In this document: piece by piece, positions 40,923 through 54,226 of the stretch
Layout: every line of letters begins with the position of its first letter
Position numbering within the stretch: position 1 is the first letter of the stretch
Assembly: GCA_028534125.1 (NCBI GenBank)
Contig: CM052816.1
Span: forward strand, 50,160,001-50,224,000
Direction: 5' to 3'
Origin: Lama glama
Lineage: Eukaryota
DNA length: 64,000 bases
Made by a program: the position numbers and the translations under genes
The notes under the pieces: model-generated
Told to the model about the DNA's origin: nothing
What the model saw: only the letters and a program-made list of their open reading frames with translations
Databases searched by the model: none

Positions 40923-42143
40923 CATTTGTTTGTTTCTCTCTGTCTCATGGCTTGGATTTTACATGTAATTTCCCTTTATCCCTGTAAAAAATGAAAATTG
41001 TTAGTATATGAATTTCTGGCTTAGGAAACACATTTTTGTCTTAAATGATAGTTACAATAAAAATGTTAAGATGCTAGAGAACCACACCCAAGCAGCCTTC
41101 TTGGGAGCAGGTCTTCCTATTCAAATTGAGTCAAAGCATTAGGCAAATAGAAGCTGCTTATTTTCTAGTTTTCAGTCTGTGAGGTTGTTTATTCAATTCA
41201 TAGAATCACTGAATTTTAATGGTGAAAGGGACTATGGAAATTATCTAGTTAAACCTCCTCATTTCACATGTAACAAAATTGAGATCATTCTTTTTATGTG
41301 TAACCAGCCAAAATTAAAAGCATAACTCAATGCAGTATTTCTATTTATTTAATTAGGCTTCTAAGATACCTGTTGACACACATGAAATTCCATTTCAAGA
41401 GTCATAGAAACCTCTACTTCATGTGCCTTATAATAAAACTGTATTGTGCCCTTAGAGAACGTCTCCTTAATAGAACTCAAACTTGACTCTAAGAGTCTCT
41501 AACACGTGCTGAGTGAGAAATGATAGCCCAGAATCAATCAGACTCTAAGCATCTCTAATGTAAGGCTTATATCTCAACTGGCTTCATAGTTCTAACAATG
41601 AGCAGAGTACCTATCACATAGTAGGGCTTTTTTAAAATGAGTTCATTCATTGAATGAATGAGTGATTGCTCTAAATGTTAGTGCAGCGAAGTGAACAAGA
41701 GGAAAAGAAAAATGTGAAAATCCTTCCTGGGCTAGTTTGCATTATTTAGTTGCACTTTGGGATGTTTATCAGCACTTAGATTCCCAGTGGTTTGTTACTA
41801 CTGGTTTTTACCTGAAGTTCTTACAAGAATAGGTACCACCCTTACAGGTTTCTATTCTTAATGCTCTAAAAGTGTATTGGAAACACTCCAATAGCAGCAT
41901 GACTGAATGCAAACCTGCCATTAACTAAAGACATTTCAAACCTCCATAACCATTTACACAGCCCTCCTTCTCTTCCCACTTTAATTTAAGCTTATTTCAC
42001 CACAGAATCATACGGTCATTTAAACCAAATGTTGCTGTTTGGAATCCAAACAAGCATGAAGACTTGCTCTACTCCAACATGCTCCCAGTCTTGTCCTCAA
42101 CTCTCTAAGTTCAAGTGAAGCTATAGAAATTTAAACATCTTAC

Positions 42144-42271
42144 CATCCAGATGGTCCACGTAACAATACACATCATAAGTTTCATGAGGAGCACGGAATC
42201 CGTAGGTCCTAACTCCTTCCTTGCCCATCATATCTCCATAACAGCCTTCTCGGGGAGTCCGGATGGGATAT
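42144..42271 (-). CDS. VCAN: VCAN exon 5, Link module 1 (second part)
   Basis: tttccccag|ATATCCC...CTGGATG|gtaaga, 128 nt, following an 85-nt intron. It encodes [24 protein letters not shown]...[11 protein letters not shown]. Confidence 0.98.
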
Positions 42272-42356
42272 CTGGGGAAATAAAGGACTAGGAAGTAGCA
42301 CTTTACTCTCACTCCCAAATTAATGAATTACAGCTGGTGGCCCCCAGACCTCTCAC

Positions 42357-42531
42357 CTGACGGTCTGATCAGACAGCCAGCCTGCATCGCATTGCTCAAA
42401 TCCATCTTCATAGGCAGCGTTGAGCTGTTCTGGGGTTGCTATGACAGCCCCAATATCCAAGCAAGCCTTCTGTGCAGTCTCAAAATTCAGAGTATACCTG
42501 CTGGTCGCCGCCCTGTAGTGAAACACAACCC
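42357..42531 (-). CDS. VCAN: VCAN exon 4, Link module 1 (first part)
   Basis: tttgcag|GGGTTGTG...ACCGTCAG|gtgaga, 175 nt. It encodes [24 protein letters not shown]...[15 protein letters not shown]. Confidence 0.98.
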
Positions 42532-45500
42532 CTGCAAAGAAAGCAGCAAACATTTACAGGCATGTTCAAGTCTTCCACCAAACTGTGAAGTTTCTCATTG
42601 GAGTGATATGTCAGATTACTTGCTAAGGTGGAAATAACATCATGATAACTCTTTATTTTTACTTTATGTAGCATTATGCAAAATTATGGTGATCTCAGGA
42701 GCCCCAGAATTGCCCTTCAGCCAGGTGTCCTATTCTGCTCCATTAGCGTTTCCCAGCCAGGAATTTTCTGTTCCCATGAAAGCTATCGAAGAAAAACGTT
42801 TCAGCCACTAAATCCCAAATGGTGACTGGTTGTCCTAATTACAGGTAGTATTCAGGCTATCATGAGAACACTGGACCACTAAAGGGAGTAGGTGCTGGAG
42901 GAGATGCAAAAAGAGTTAAGGGGGCCGCAAGATCAACTTGTCCTCCTTCATGTTTTCACTCAGGGCCAACTCAATAGAAGCACACAAAACTGCTTCACTA
43001 ACACCACTTCCTTCAAACATACAACATTGAGATACTTATTTCCAGAGACAATAGACTAAAATGGAAAAGACACTGGGCTATGTATGAGTGGGAAAGCTTG
43101 TTCCAATCTTTAATTTGCTCCTTAATCATATATAAGCCTTAATTTCCTCCCTCATAAAGTGTAACTAATATTGCTCATGTTATTTGATTGATGTGAAGGT
43201 CAAATTACGTATAGATTTTAAAGATGTTGGATAGGCTACTATGATAAATGTTTATCGTATTCACTAACTGATCAGCATAACTTAGGGTGTCCGCTATGAA
43301 AGGTAAAATGTATGATTTGTATCCCAAAGAAGGCCTGAAATAAAGTACTCCAGACTCTCCTGGGTAGAAGCCAGGCATCCTGGCATGTGCCTCAAATTCC
43401 ACTTTGTTGTATTTTAGGAGTTGCATAAACTAGTGGTTCTTAACTGTGTTCCAGGGCTCAAGGAACACTCAAAGGCTTGTTCCTCAGCAGCCGAGGGGGT
43501 GCAGCGTTGGTTCTCTCCTCCCACTTCAGCAAGAGCATCTCCATTTTTAACTGGAGTAAATATGGTGACTCATTTCCATGAGACAGCAAAGTGAGTCAAG
43601 CTAATGTGCCTGGGAAGTCACTGGAAAATATAAATTGGGGCAACTGGGTCTTACAGATGAGATTTTATTAGGAGTCATATCATTTAAGATTACTTTTTTG
43701 TTGTGCAGAATTAATTTTGGTTTCTAAAATATTTTCCACTCTCCTTTTATTCCTGGTACTTTTCTGGAGTTGACAACAGTCTCTCACTCACAGCCTGCCT
43801 TCTAGTTATAAGACTGTCTCCCAAATGCCCATCCTTAGATGGTCTCTTTCTTCCAAGACAGGTATGTGCCAATGAAGTATCTATGGGGCAGCAGACTAGT
43901 AATGTCAGAGATAAGCACCTCTATCAGTGTAAAAAGACCTGCACAGGTACCAATTAGATGCACTGACAATTAACATTCATTTTCCCATTACTGATCAAAT
44001 GCGGTTTAGAAAATATGTACCTTTATAGAATGACTCTAAAATTACCAGGAAGTATATATGGTGCTATCTAATAAGTATGAGAGATAGCTTATAATGATCT
44101 CTAAGGCTTAAGCAAGACTTTGAATGGTTTCAAATTAGTCTTATGTTGATCAAAGCTTCAAACAGCCTTCTTGGTAATTAAAAATCTTCCGTGTGCACTG
44201 AAGATTGGCAGTAAGGGGGCACAAGGGGGACTCCATGACCAAGGCAGGGAATATCAGGCTGTATAAGTATCTGCAATTGTTGGGATAATTTGAAGACGTC
44301 ATGGGGCTAAGGGGATTAAGTGAGGATTTCCATTGTTTCAGAGGGGCAAGGGGCAAATCCACTGCTAATTCTGTGATGATGAAAATTGTAAGAGCTGTTG
44401 AACTCCTTTTGGGATTTTAAAGACATATATATAAATTTATATACAGTGTGCATCTAACCCTATATATATTATATATATATTATATACAGTGTATCCTACA
44501 CTACACAAAAAAGAGAAAGAGAGAGAGATCAGTAGAACAAAACAATCCTAGGCTAACCAAAATAAATGATAAAAAGGTTAAAAAAGCAATGATACCAGGA
44601 TACTTAGTGGATGCCTGGAAAATACAAAAGTAGATTTATAGGAGACAGCAATAGAATCTGAATGCAAAAGGATGTTCGGAAAATGAATTTGTCACATCTG
44701 AAATTCGAAGTATTTCCTTTTGGCTACACAAGAAAGAGTTTTAATAAAACCATTTGTATATATTTCTGAAAGGTAAATATTTTATAGGGAAATGGAGGGT
44801 TGGAAGAAAAATCTGTTCCATCATGTCTGGGTATTAGAATTTTGCTTAATAACCTGCCAAAATATTCTGCTTCCAAGAGCTACAGCATGATGTGTGTACC
44901 CAATTAAAGCAATTTTTCTTTGCTTTGTCTCCTAACTTAAATTCAAATGACATATAAACCACCACTGAAAGGGGGCTAAAACTAAAATGTCTCATTGCAA
45001 GTCTTAATGGATAACAACTAGTGTATTGACCTTAAAAAAAATTCACTGAGTACTTGTTTTGATTCAATTTAAATGTTTATTGAGTCCTAGCCTTTTTAAA
45101 GCACTATGATATGTACCATGGTACTTATTAAGTGCCTTATTTATTCAATGTAAGTTAATATGTAATTTATATTTCACAAAAGCAAATTCAAAGATTTTAA
45201 TAATCATTTTAAGGGAGTGGGAAAAAGGAGGAAAGAGTTTGTGTGTGTGTGTGTTTGTGTGCATGTATACACATACACACACATATGTAAGAATTAAAAC
45301 AAAATGTAGATCAGTCTTTACAGTCTTAAAAAATAATCATTGTTCTCAATAATGAAGTAATGATTCTTGAGCTAAAATACCATGTCTTGAGGTATTCATT
45401 ATATACAGTATAAAAAGTCACATTCTTTGATCCCCAAACAAATAACAGTTCATTTTTGGTGAAAGACATGGACTGCTGGCTTGAATGATGTTTTTCCCCA

Positions 45501-45603
45501 CTTGTCCACACCCTGATTAATGACTACTTTTGAATGTTGTTCCACCACACTTCTGAACCAAGTATCCTGCTATACTACCTTCTTACAATTCCCCAAGCCT
45601 TAC

Positions 45604-45981
45604 CATCCACGGTCAGTGACACTGTGTCTTGTGTGTCTTCAATCCCATACATGACATCACAACGGTAGAGGCCCGCGTCACTGGCGAGCAGTTTGACCAT
45701 GGTGAGGGAGGCATCGCCCACGTCCTCGGGATGTGTAGGTACTGACACTCTCCCTTTGTAGCCCTGACCAATCTTGATATTCCCATTTTGGGCCACGAGA
45801 ACAGTAGTCTCCTTTAAATCTTTTCCGTTCTTGTCCAATTCAATCTTAGACCATTTGATTCGGAGAAATTCACTGTTGGTGTTGTAACTGGGTGGTAAGG
45901 TAGGCATGGTTGAAAAATGACATGGTAGGTTGACTTTTCCAGAGAGTGAGCCCTTAACAGGTGGGCTTTTTTCCACTTTGA
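45604..45981 (-). CDS. VCAN: VCAN exon 3, Ig-like V-type domain of G1
   Basis: ctctag|TCAAAGTGG...GTGGATG|gtaagg, 378 nt. It encodes (V)KVEKSPPVKGSLSGKVNLPCHFSTMP...DAGLYRCDVMYGIEDTQDTVSLTVD, with both Ig cysteines and the DxGxYxC motif. Confidence 0.98.
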
Positions 45982-46163
45982 CTAGAGAAAAGAAAAAATA
46001 CCAAATTAACAAACTGAGTCCATTAAATATGTCAATGAATAAGAACCCTTGGAGGGGTTTAGTTATATCTTCAAAATGTGAAATAATTAGAATGACTTTC
46101 TATACATAAAAGTATACAATTTTAATAATGTTTTATAACAAAGACAGGGATTTATAATGCTCA

Positions 46164-46517
46164 TTTTTTACTGAAGTATAGTCAGTTTACAATGTTGTGT
46201 CAATTTCTGATGTACAGCATGTTTCAGTCATACATATACATATATATATTCATTTTCATATTCTTTTTCATTATAGGTTACTACAAGATATTGAATATAG
46301 TTTCCTTGTACTATACAGAAAAATTTCATTTTTTATCTATTTTATATGTAATAGTTAATATTTGCAGATCTCAAACTCAATTTATCCCTTCCTACCTCCT
46401 TTCCCCCTGCTAACCATAAGTTTGTTTTCTATGTCTGTGAGGCTGTTTCTGTTTTGTAAATAAGCTCATTAATGTGTTCTTTTTTCTTTTTTTTTAGATT
46501 CCAGACATGAGTAATAT
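46164..46517 (-). mobile_element. LINE-1 3' end (artiodactyl-type), 5'-truncated
   Basis: ttttttactgaagtatagtcagtttacaatgttgtgtcaatttctgatgtacagc...gtttctgttttgtaaataag...ttttagattcca is a typical L1 3'UTR read antisense. Confidence 0.85.
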
Positions 46518-48959
46518 TTTTCTGTGCTAAAAACATTGCATTCATTTTAAAGTATTTGTAACTTAGTGTTTAACATGAACAAAATAAATGATAAAATAAG
46601 GTAAGTTTGGAAGGCAGGAATCAAGGGCAGGAGGAGACTAGACTCAGCAATGCAGGTTTAAACGACTGGACCAATGTTGAACCACAGATTCACGTCTACT
46701 GGTCAGAAGACAAAAAATGATTAAGATAACTGCCACGTTATCTTAGAGGAAATGAAAATAAAACTCAAAAGGGAGGTGAAAAAATTTTAAAGTACTTCAG
46801 TGGACTGGAGCAGGGGGATGTGCAACACTCGAAGGACCCTCTTTCTTTCAGTATCCGAACCAAAAGCTTTCATCATAATGACAAATCCAGCTGCAGTCGC
46901 TTTGCAGTGAAACATTACCTCTCAACTATATCCTAAGGAGAAAGTTGGCTCCTCTTCACCTAACCCTTCTAAAGTATTAAACTACAGAATGTCTTTCATT
47001 TTAAGCCCTTCAACTTTTAATGAGTAAGAATACATTGACTACAATTTAACACCTTCGCATGCAAAAGCAAATGTCCTTTCACTCTCACAGGAATCTATAC
47101 CTCTCCTCCCCTTCTTTTCCCTATCTTCAGTCTCTACTAGCTCGCTAGACAATGTGTTGGTAGTAAGAACAGAAATTATCATTAATGCACAAGGAACTCT
47201 CAATATGATGAACGGTTATAGTAGCCTCTAAGTGGAATGAAATCATGCTTCTTAACTGACAAAATTATGTGTATCTAACAGTGTGTTAGTGGTCAAAGGC
47301 ATTAGTAACACACATCTCAATATGGACATGCATCAGAAATGATACAGATGTCGGTGTAGTCCTGTGGCCTCAGTTGTGTGTAAGTCATTTTGAAAACTGC
47401 AATTAGAGATTATGAAGACATTATGCTCTTTAACAAAAAAGTGCTCTTTATTGCTAAAGATTGAAATTTAACTTCAAACAGATTGGATCCATCAGGAAGA
47501 TGAAGACAGCACAAAGATATCTCGTAGTTTTTCCTCAAGAATAGGGTTCCTGAGAAGGGAAGGGGTGAGAATTCTATGATCTAAAAATCTCCTAATTTAT
47601 ATTCATCATATGTTCTAGGAAATCCTATCTTCCCTCCTGAAGAATTATTTAGATGACGAACTTCAATAATAAAATATTGCTTTTTTAATGGAGAAGAAAC
47701 ATCCTTCCCATCAACCCCAATTATGGTATAAATTATAAGACTTTATTGCCTCCTTAAAAATGAGTTTAAGTTAAGTGGCTTTCAATTCCTTAATATTCAT
47801 TACTAAATTATAGTTCTTTTCACAATTTTAGAGGTATCGGCGCAGATATGAGATTTAGCCCAATGTATCTGATTCAGTTGGGAGGTTTCTGACACTTAGA
47901 GCATTATCCAATAACTGTGCTATAATGAAAAGACATATTAGAACAAAATTACGTCAAAAGGCAATTTACCATGGGTTATTTACTGTTCTGGATGTTTATA
48001 GATACAAGAAGATTAAAAGCTTCAGTTAGATGTAAATATATATTCACACAGAATCCAGCCTTAACAACAAGATTAACAAAAAGCTGTGTGGCCAAGTCTT
48101 TTGTGTATGAAATCTTGGGTCCTAAATGCACTGGGTAACAAGAACTAAGTTTACCAAGTCTAAATATTTTAAGAAAGAAATTTAGGAGTTCAGAGGATAA
48201 TGTTTATAGATTATACATGTTAAAAACAAAAACAAAAACAAAAACTGCTACCTGCAAGAGCTTGTCTGAAACTCTGACAATGCAAGAAATAAAAATAAAT
48301 GCTAATAGAAAGTTCACTATTCCCACCAGATAGTTTGTGGTGTAAATGGACACAGTAAGGGAGAGATCTCTAGATGATGAATAATCGCCTTTCATTCTCT
48401 GTCAGTAAATTCTGCAGAGCAAGGATGATGTAAGTTCTCTCTGTACAATTTGATCACATACACACAGAGATCTTGGCCAAGTAAATGTCAGATTGAGAAT
48501 AGGGGAATTTATCTCCCTCTCAAGTGATACTATCACTCTCAGTCATTCATTTATTCATACTCTGCCTAACTCCATTTATTGATATTAGAGGAATATCCAA
48601 ATAACGTAGTCAATGCTGGATAATCAATGTAATGGGCATTCTGAAAGCAAAGAGTTCTTTATGTGTTAATATAAAGCCAGTAGAGAAGGTGTTTATTAAT
48701 GTTAGTCATTGATCTTTTGAGTGCCTAGAAATAAAAAGAGAAAACCTTAAGATGAGAGTACTTGTATTGACTCAACAGGTTACTGCTGTGTGATCCACTG
48801 TGAACTTGGCAAATCTGTTTCGTATGAATGGATCTTACAGTTTTTACTTTTAACCCCCCCCCCATATGAAAAGTCACAATTCTTCTGAAATGAGCCCCAA
48901 ACTAAGGACATCTCTTAATAGTGACCACAGATCTACGAAGAACTTGATGCTTGGGGGTA

Positions 48960-49225
48960 AAGTACAACACGGTGGTTAAGAACATGGACTGTGGAGCTGG
49001 ACGGCCTGGATTTGACTCCAGGCTCCATCACGAAATTGCCATTTCATCTTCTACATTAGCTATGTCTCCAAAACTCTTGGTATCGCAGTCTCCTCACAGG
49101 GAGAATGAGAATAAAAGCACCCGTCTCATTTAACTCATGGAGAATTAAAATTTTTAAAAAGTTATGAAGTAAAATACTGAGAACAAGGCCTAATATGTAG
49201 AAACGACTCAATATTGTTAGCTATT
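48960..49225 (+). mobile_element. MIR SINE
   Basis: gtggttaagaacatggactgtggagc...cctggatttgactccaggctcc...ctcaatattgttagctatt. Confidence 0.8.
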
Positions 49226-49574
49226 GTCACTCTTTTAAAATATTGTCAAGGAGGTATACCATAAGTGTTTGCTTTGTCTCCCCATTGTTTGTATGAATCT
49301 TTTCTTTGTTTTCAGCAGAGGGATAGTTGTCCTGTTCCTCAAGGTCCTCCCTTTCCTTTCTCTGTAATTACTTTCTATTACTACCCATCCAAACCAACTC
49401 CTTTTCTTTATCTCTTTCTTATGTCCTCCTTCTTCACTGGATGCTGGTGTTCTTTCCTCTCCATAACCTTCATCTTTACTTTCTGAAAATGCTGAAGAAG
49501 ACAGCTCCTGGGTTGTTGCATTGCTGGAGCCTAGAGTCTAATGGCCACCTAGGTCATTCATTGTGGTATTCACA

Positions 49575-50870
49575 CATTGTTTATTTATTCATTCACTTAT
49601 TTACTAAATACATACAATGACTAAGTGCTAGAAGTGTGTCAGGAACTCTGCTAGAAAATGAAGAACAGCTCTCTCAAAGCTACAGTCTACTCGGGAAGGA
49701 AAACAAGGAATAACATATCACAAACAAGTGGTATGGGCTGTAATAGCTGTAACAGCACAGGGGACAATGGAAACATAGAGAAAGACTGGAAAGGGGGATG
49801 AGAGGTGGGGAAAGCTGCCATCTCAGAAGTCAGCTCATCCCTGATTCCCTCTCTTGCCCTCACCACACCACATCCAACCCATTAGTTGGTCTAAATCCTC
49901 CATCTCCACATAGCCAATTCACTTCCTCTCCAGCTCCACTGCCACCACCTGATACAAGCTCCCCATTTCATGCACAGGCTAACACATTAACCTCCTAAAT
50001 GATGTCCCTGCTGCCACTCTTGCTCCCCTACCATCAAATCTGCACAGAGCAGCAAACACAGAATTTTTCAAAACATTCACCAACTCATGTCTTGCACCTG
50101 TGAAAACTTTCAGCCCTTTCTCCAGTGCTTCTTATTGCACTGGGAATAAAGTTCTGTCTTTTCTAAAGACAGCAGTGCCCTATATGGATCAGAAATGTAA
50201 CACAGTGGTAAAGCTCACAAAGTCCCGGGACAACCTTGGTCCCAGTTCTGCTACTCACTGGTTGAGTGACTTTGAGCAAGTCTCTTAGGTTCTCGGTACC
50301 TCAGTTGTCTCCAGATGACACACGGGTAATGAATGTTTCCACAAGCTAATGTTAAGCACTTCAAACTGCTCCTGGCTCATAGGAAGCCTTTTTCCAAGTG
50401 TTAGATCCTATTACTACTTACATGAACTGATCTCTGCCTATCTCTCTGTCCATATCTCCTACTTTTTTTTTCCTACTTTCTTTTTGACCACTGCTCTTCA
50501 ACTCCAGTGACCTTTCTGCTGCTCAGACACACTGCATTTCTTCCTAACTTGGGTCAGATCTCAGCTGGCTGGCTCCTCCTCGTCATTACCAGATCAATTT
50601 AAGTATTACCTTCTCAAAGTATTACCAAAGGTGGCCTGACCACCTCCCCGCCACCCCATGCCATTCCCTATAATGTCACTCTGCTTTCTTTTCATCAATT
50701 CAAAAGTACTTGGGTTGTTTGTTTACTTGTTTATTGCCTGTCTCATGTAACTAAGGAGATTAAGATTAATGAAATCCAATACAATGTATGGCTCACTTAC
50801 TGATTTAACCCTGGAGACCTAGACTAACATGTAGCACATAGAATGTATTCAAACAATATTGTCAGTGGAT
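49575..50870. mobile_element. Cluster of LINE-2 fragments (minus 49575-49790; plus ~49830-50870) with a nested MIR (~50190-50415)
   Basis: An L2 tail ttatttattcattcacttatt, L2 body ctccactgccaccacctgatacaagc...atctgcacagagcagc, and MIR gagtgactttgagcaagtctctta...cctcagtt. Confidence 0.7.
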
Positions 50871-51693
50871 GGATTTATGCACAGATGGGTGGAAGGATGG
50901 ATGAACCAATAGATGGAGTGATACTCTGAGACTTGAAGAATGAACTAAAGTAGAACTACAGAGAATGAGAGAAGGAACTGCAGAAGCAGAAGGAATTGTG
51001 CCTGAAAAAAACAGACAATCCACAGGTCTATGAATGGACCTGTAAATGATTTCAGATACTCTGAAGCACAGAGTGTGAGAAAGAAGTGGAAACTGTGTCT
51101 GGAGAGTCACCTAGACAGGGGCAGATCACTGAGATTCAGCACAGAATCTTTCTTCATGGACCAGAGTTCATCATTTTGGAATCACAGAACCCTCATTAGG
51201 TAGATATATAATTTAAAGCTAAGAAAGACAGTGCATGTGTACTTGTCCAGTTACTGAGAGAAAGGGAGAGATGGAGGTTGGGGCAAAAGCTTGGCTATCA
51301 GCCTTCTCTCCATCTTCTTGACGTTTTTCAAATTCTTCCCTCCTTACTGTTAGTCTTTTTTTTTTTTTAATAGGAAAACTTTTGAGTGGTATTGAAGAAG
51401 GTAGAACTTAAAAAGATGCCCAATGCCGTATGTGAGCTTTTTTGCACAGTCTGAAGGTAATCTGGGAAGTAACCGAAAGCCTATTTGTTTCTTTACATAC
51501 TGTTCATTATTTTGTTATGATTGATTTATTTAAAACCATTGTGTTTAGCCTAATAATATTTTAGCTAAAAGTGTTAAGCAACAAATAGATCAAAAATTAA
51601 TCCTTTATTTTGATGATTTCATATTTGCATTCCATGCCCCAGTACTCCAATTTTTATTTCAATGAGTCTTAAAGAAACTGTTACCACACTCAC

Positions 51694-51763
51694 CTTTATG
51701 TAGTGCATGGGCAGCTATTAAGGTAGAGCACATCCATAAGATGCTCTTTATAGTTATCAACAT
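51694..51763 (-). CDS. VCAN: VCAN exon 2 coding part: start codon and signal peptide MLITIKSILWMCSTLIAAHALHK (whole exon 51694-51769)
   Basis: tttctag|GACAAG ATG TTG ATA ACT ATA AAG AGC ATC TTA TGG ATG TGC...CTA CAT AAA G|gtgagt. It has 70 coding nt, ends in phase 1 and joins exon 3 in frame. It is not in the supplied ORF track. Confidence 0.96.
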
Positions 51764-52702
51764 CTTGTCCTAGAAACGAAGAAAAATACAAAGTGAATCA
51801 TAAGCATTCAGGTTTGTGGGAGGCCCTAAATCACATGCTGTTTCTGCACTATATATAATACAAGTACAAGAAGCAGCTCCTCTTGGATTGTAAAAACAGG
51901 AGGAACCTTGCAATAGGAGAAGTTGTCCCAACACTTTAATTATTAGTTTGACTCTCACCCAATGTGGTAGTTACCAAAATAATTCCAGAACCCAGTCTGG
52001 GGACACAGAACAATGTGGACGTGTGGGGCAACCACAACGGGGTAGGCTGTTGGAAGAACAATACAGACCACAGCCTAAGTAACTAGCGGCTAGGAGCTGG
52101 CCCAAGGAGGGAGAGGCAACCACAAAGTCTATTTAGAAACAGGAAGTTGGTCATAGATGGAGCAAGAGAAGATGGGGAAGCAATAGGGAGAGATGTTGAA
52201 AAAAAGGGATTCACATCAAACGTGAGGTAGGAGGAAACCCTTTGGTGGTTTATGCTCATGGTACCAGAAAAGAACAAGGACCTCAGCAGGCTTTTTAAAG
52301 CAGACTCAATTTCGTTTCTAGGAGACTGAACAAACAAAATAAATGTATTATAAGGAGCTGTTAATTACAGAAAAGGCCAGTGCTTGCCATGAGTTTTAAA
52401 GCAGTTCCAACAGTCTGAAGGGTAAAGAATGAAAGAAAACACCCTGTACTGAGCATCAAGAAACCCTGCCCTGGCTTTGCTATTAATTTATTGTGGGACT
52501 TTGGGGAAGACATTTGACAAATCTGGGTCTCAGAATGGTCCCTTCCAGCTCAAATTTCTATGAAGCTATCATTATGAGGAGAATAAGTACCATTGCTAGG
52601 GAGCATCTAGAAATCAAAGAGCCAGACTCAGAAGAACTGCAGAAGACTGTTTGATCTCCACAGTTGTTCCCTTCTCAGTTACATTTCGAACGGTTCTATA
52701 AC

Positions 52703-53268
52703 GCCATCATTGGCTGGCTACCCAGTAGCCATTTCTCTTTCTCCTTTCTAACAAAACCCTGAATCCATACTAGAATACCCTCCTTCACGCAGTCAATCCT
52801 TTAGAGGAACTTGAGTCAAACCTCAACCTGAGGGGATGATCCTGATTATTCTAAGTCAATTACACTGGTCTCATTTCTTTTGCTAGTGGTTTTGAAATGA
52901 GTATGTGATGCAATTTTGGCCAATGAGATGTGAGAGGATATTGCAGGGCACAGAGTTGCTCCTAGGAAAGATATATTCATTTCAAGAAGAGAAAAAAGAA
53001 AGAGATGGTTGCTTTTCTTCACCGGACATTGTCAAGATAGGCTGTATCTTGTGAAACTGCTGTATCCATCTTGTATCCATGAATATATAAAATAGCCTCT
53101 GGGATGAAGTTGAGACAGAATCAGGAAAGACAGGGCTGAGTGCTCAGGTATTAGACCTACAGCCAGCCACACCTTAGAACTTTTTTATGTGAGATAATAA
53201 ATTCCTTTATTGTTTAAACCCAATAAAATAAGGGCTTTTTGTTATTTGTAACTGAAGGCATACTGACA
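52703..53268 (+). mobile_element. MLT1-type (MaLR) solo LTR
   Basis: atgtgatgcaattttggccaatgagatgtgagagg...tgtgagataataaattcctttattgtttaa...tgttatttgtaactgaaggcatactgaca. Confidence 0.75.
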
Positions 53269-54009
53269 CATATTTGAGTTGGTGCCCTAAATAACTTCTT
53301 TAGAAAATATCTAAATTCCATATTATTTAGAAAACGTAGATTAAAAAGAAGTAAATGCTGTAAGAATCCAAGTCCAATTTGGGCTCAAACTCAACATCAT
53401 AATTTATGACAGCTATTTATTTTTCTTTGATATTCTTCTCCATTTGCTTATTTTATATTTCTTGAAATAAACGTTAGAACTTTTCTATATCAAAATTATA
53501 AAATTCTAGCTATTTCCTGAAGACTGTTTTTTAACCTAATGCATTATATTTCTCACATTTTCCATCAATAGGCCATTTGACAACTCATAGTGAAGAGTAT
53601 ATGGCTGATAATCCTAAATTAACCTTGATAATTAAGTTTATTACCTATCATATAATTACTGAGATATGCTAATGGATGTTGTTAAACACTAACTGGGAAA
53701 TTAGGTCTCTACGTTTCTGAATTTTTTAAGAAGATACTACAACAAGCAGGAATTATTTATCTATATCTCAATACTATTACAATATTTCAGGAAAAAATTA
53801 AAATATCAATTTCACATACCCTCAAGTTTCCAACAAAATGAAATTTTAGATTGTATCATACAATGCTATTAAAGACAGTGCATTCCATAAGTACTAACTG
53901 AATCCAAATAAGAAAGCTTTCTTTAATTATGCTTATTAATAATAATGTCCTATTGTCTTTCAAGAAAAACAGTTCCTATTTTTTTCCTTTTTTTCAGGAA
54001 ACTTTTGTA

Positions 54010-54226
54010 AGCATAATGTTAAAAGTCTGAGCTCCACTGTCAAATAGCCCTGAATTCAAGTTCTGAATCTTCTGCTTATACTCTGTGATTTTGAGTAAGT
54101 TACTAACTCTCTCATTTCCAGTAGCTACTTAATAGTGAGAAGCAGTACTTTATTGGTGTGATTGTGAGAACTGATAAAATAGCTCAGTGATACACAGTAT
54201 ATTCAGTACTCAATTTTTATTATTAC
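54010..54226 (+). mobile_element. MIR SINE (degenerate)
   Basis: ctgaattcaagttctgaatct...ctgtgattttgagtaagttactaactctctc...agtactcaat. Confidence 0.6.

Noticed and set aside
42272..42356. Retention of the 85-nt intron 4 as a functional isoform
   Set aside because: Retention gives an immediate stop (AGG TGA) in the middle of Link module 1, so it is a likely NMD target. Both splice sites are canonical.
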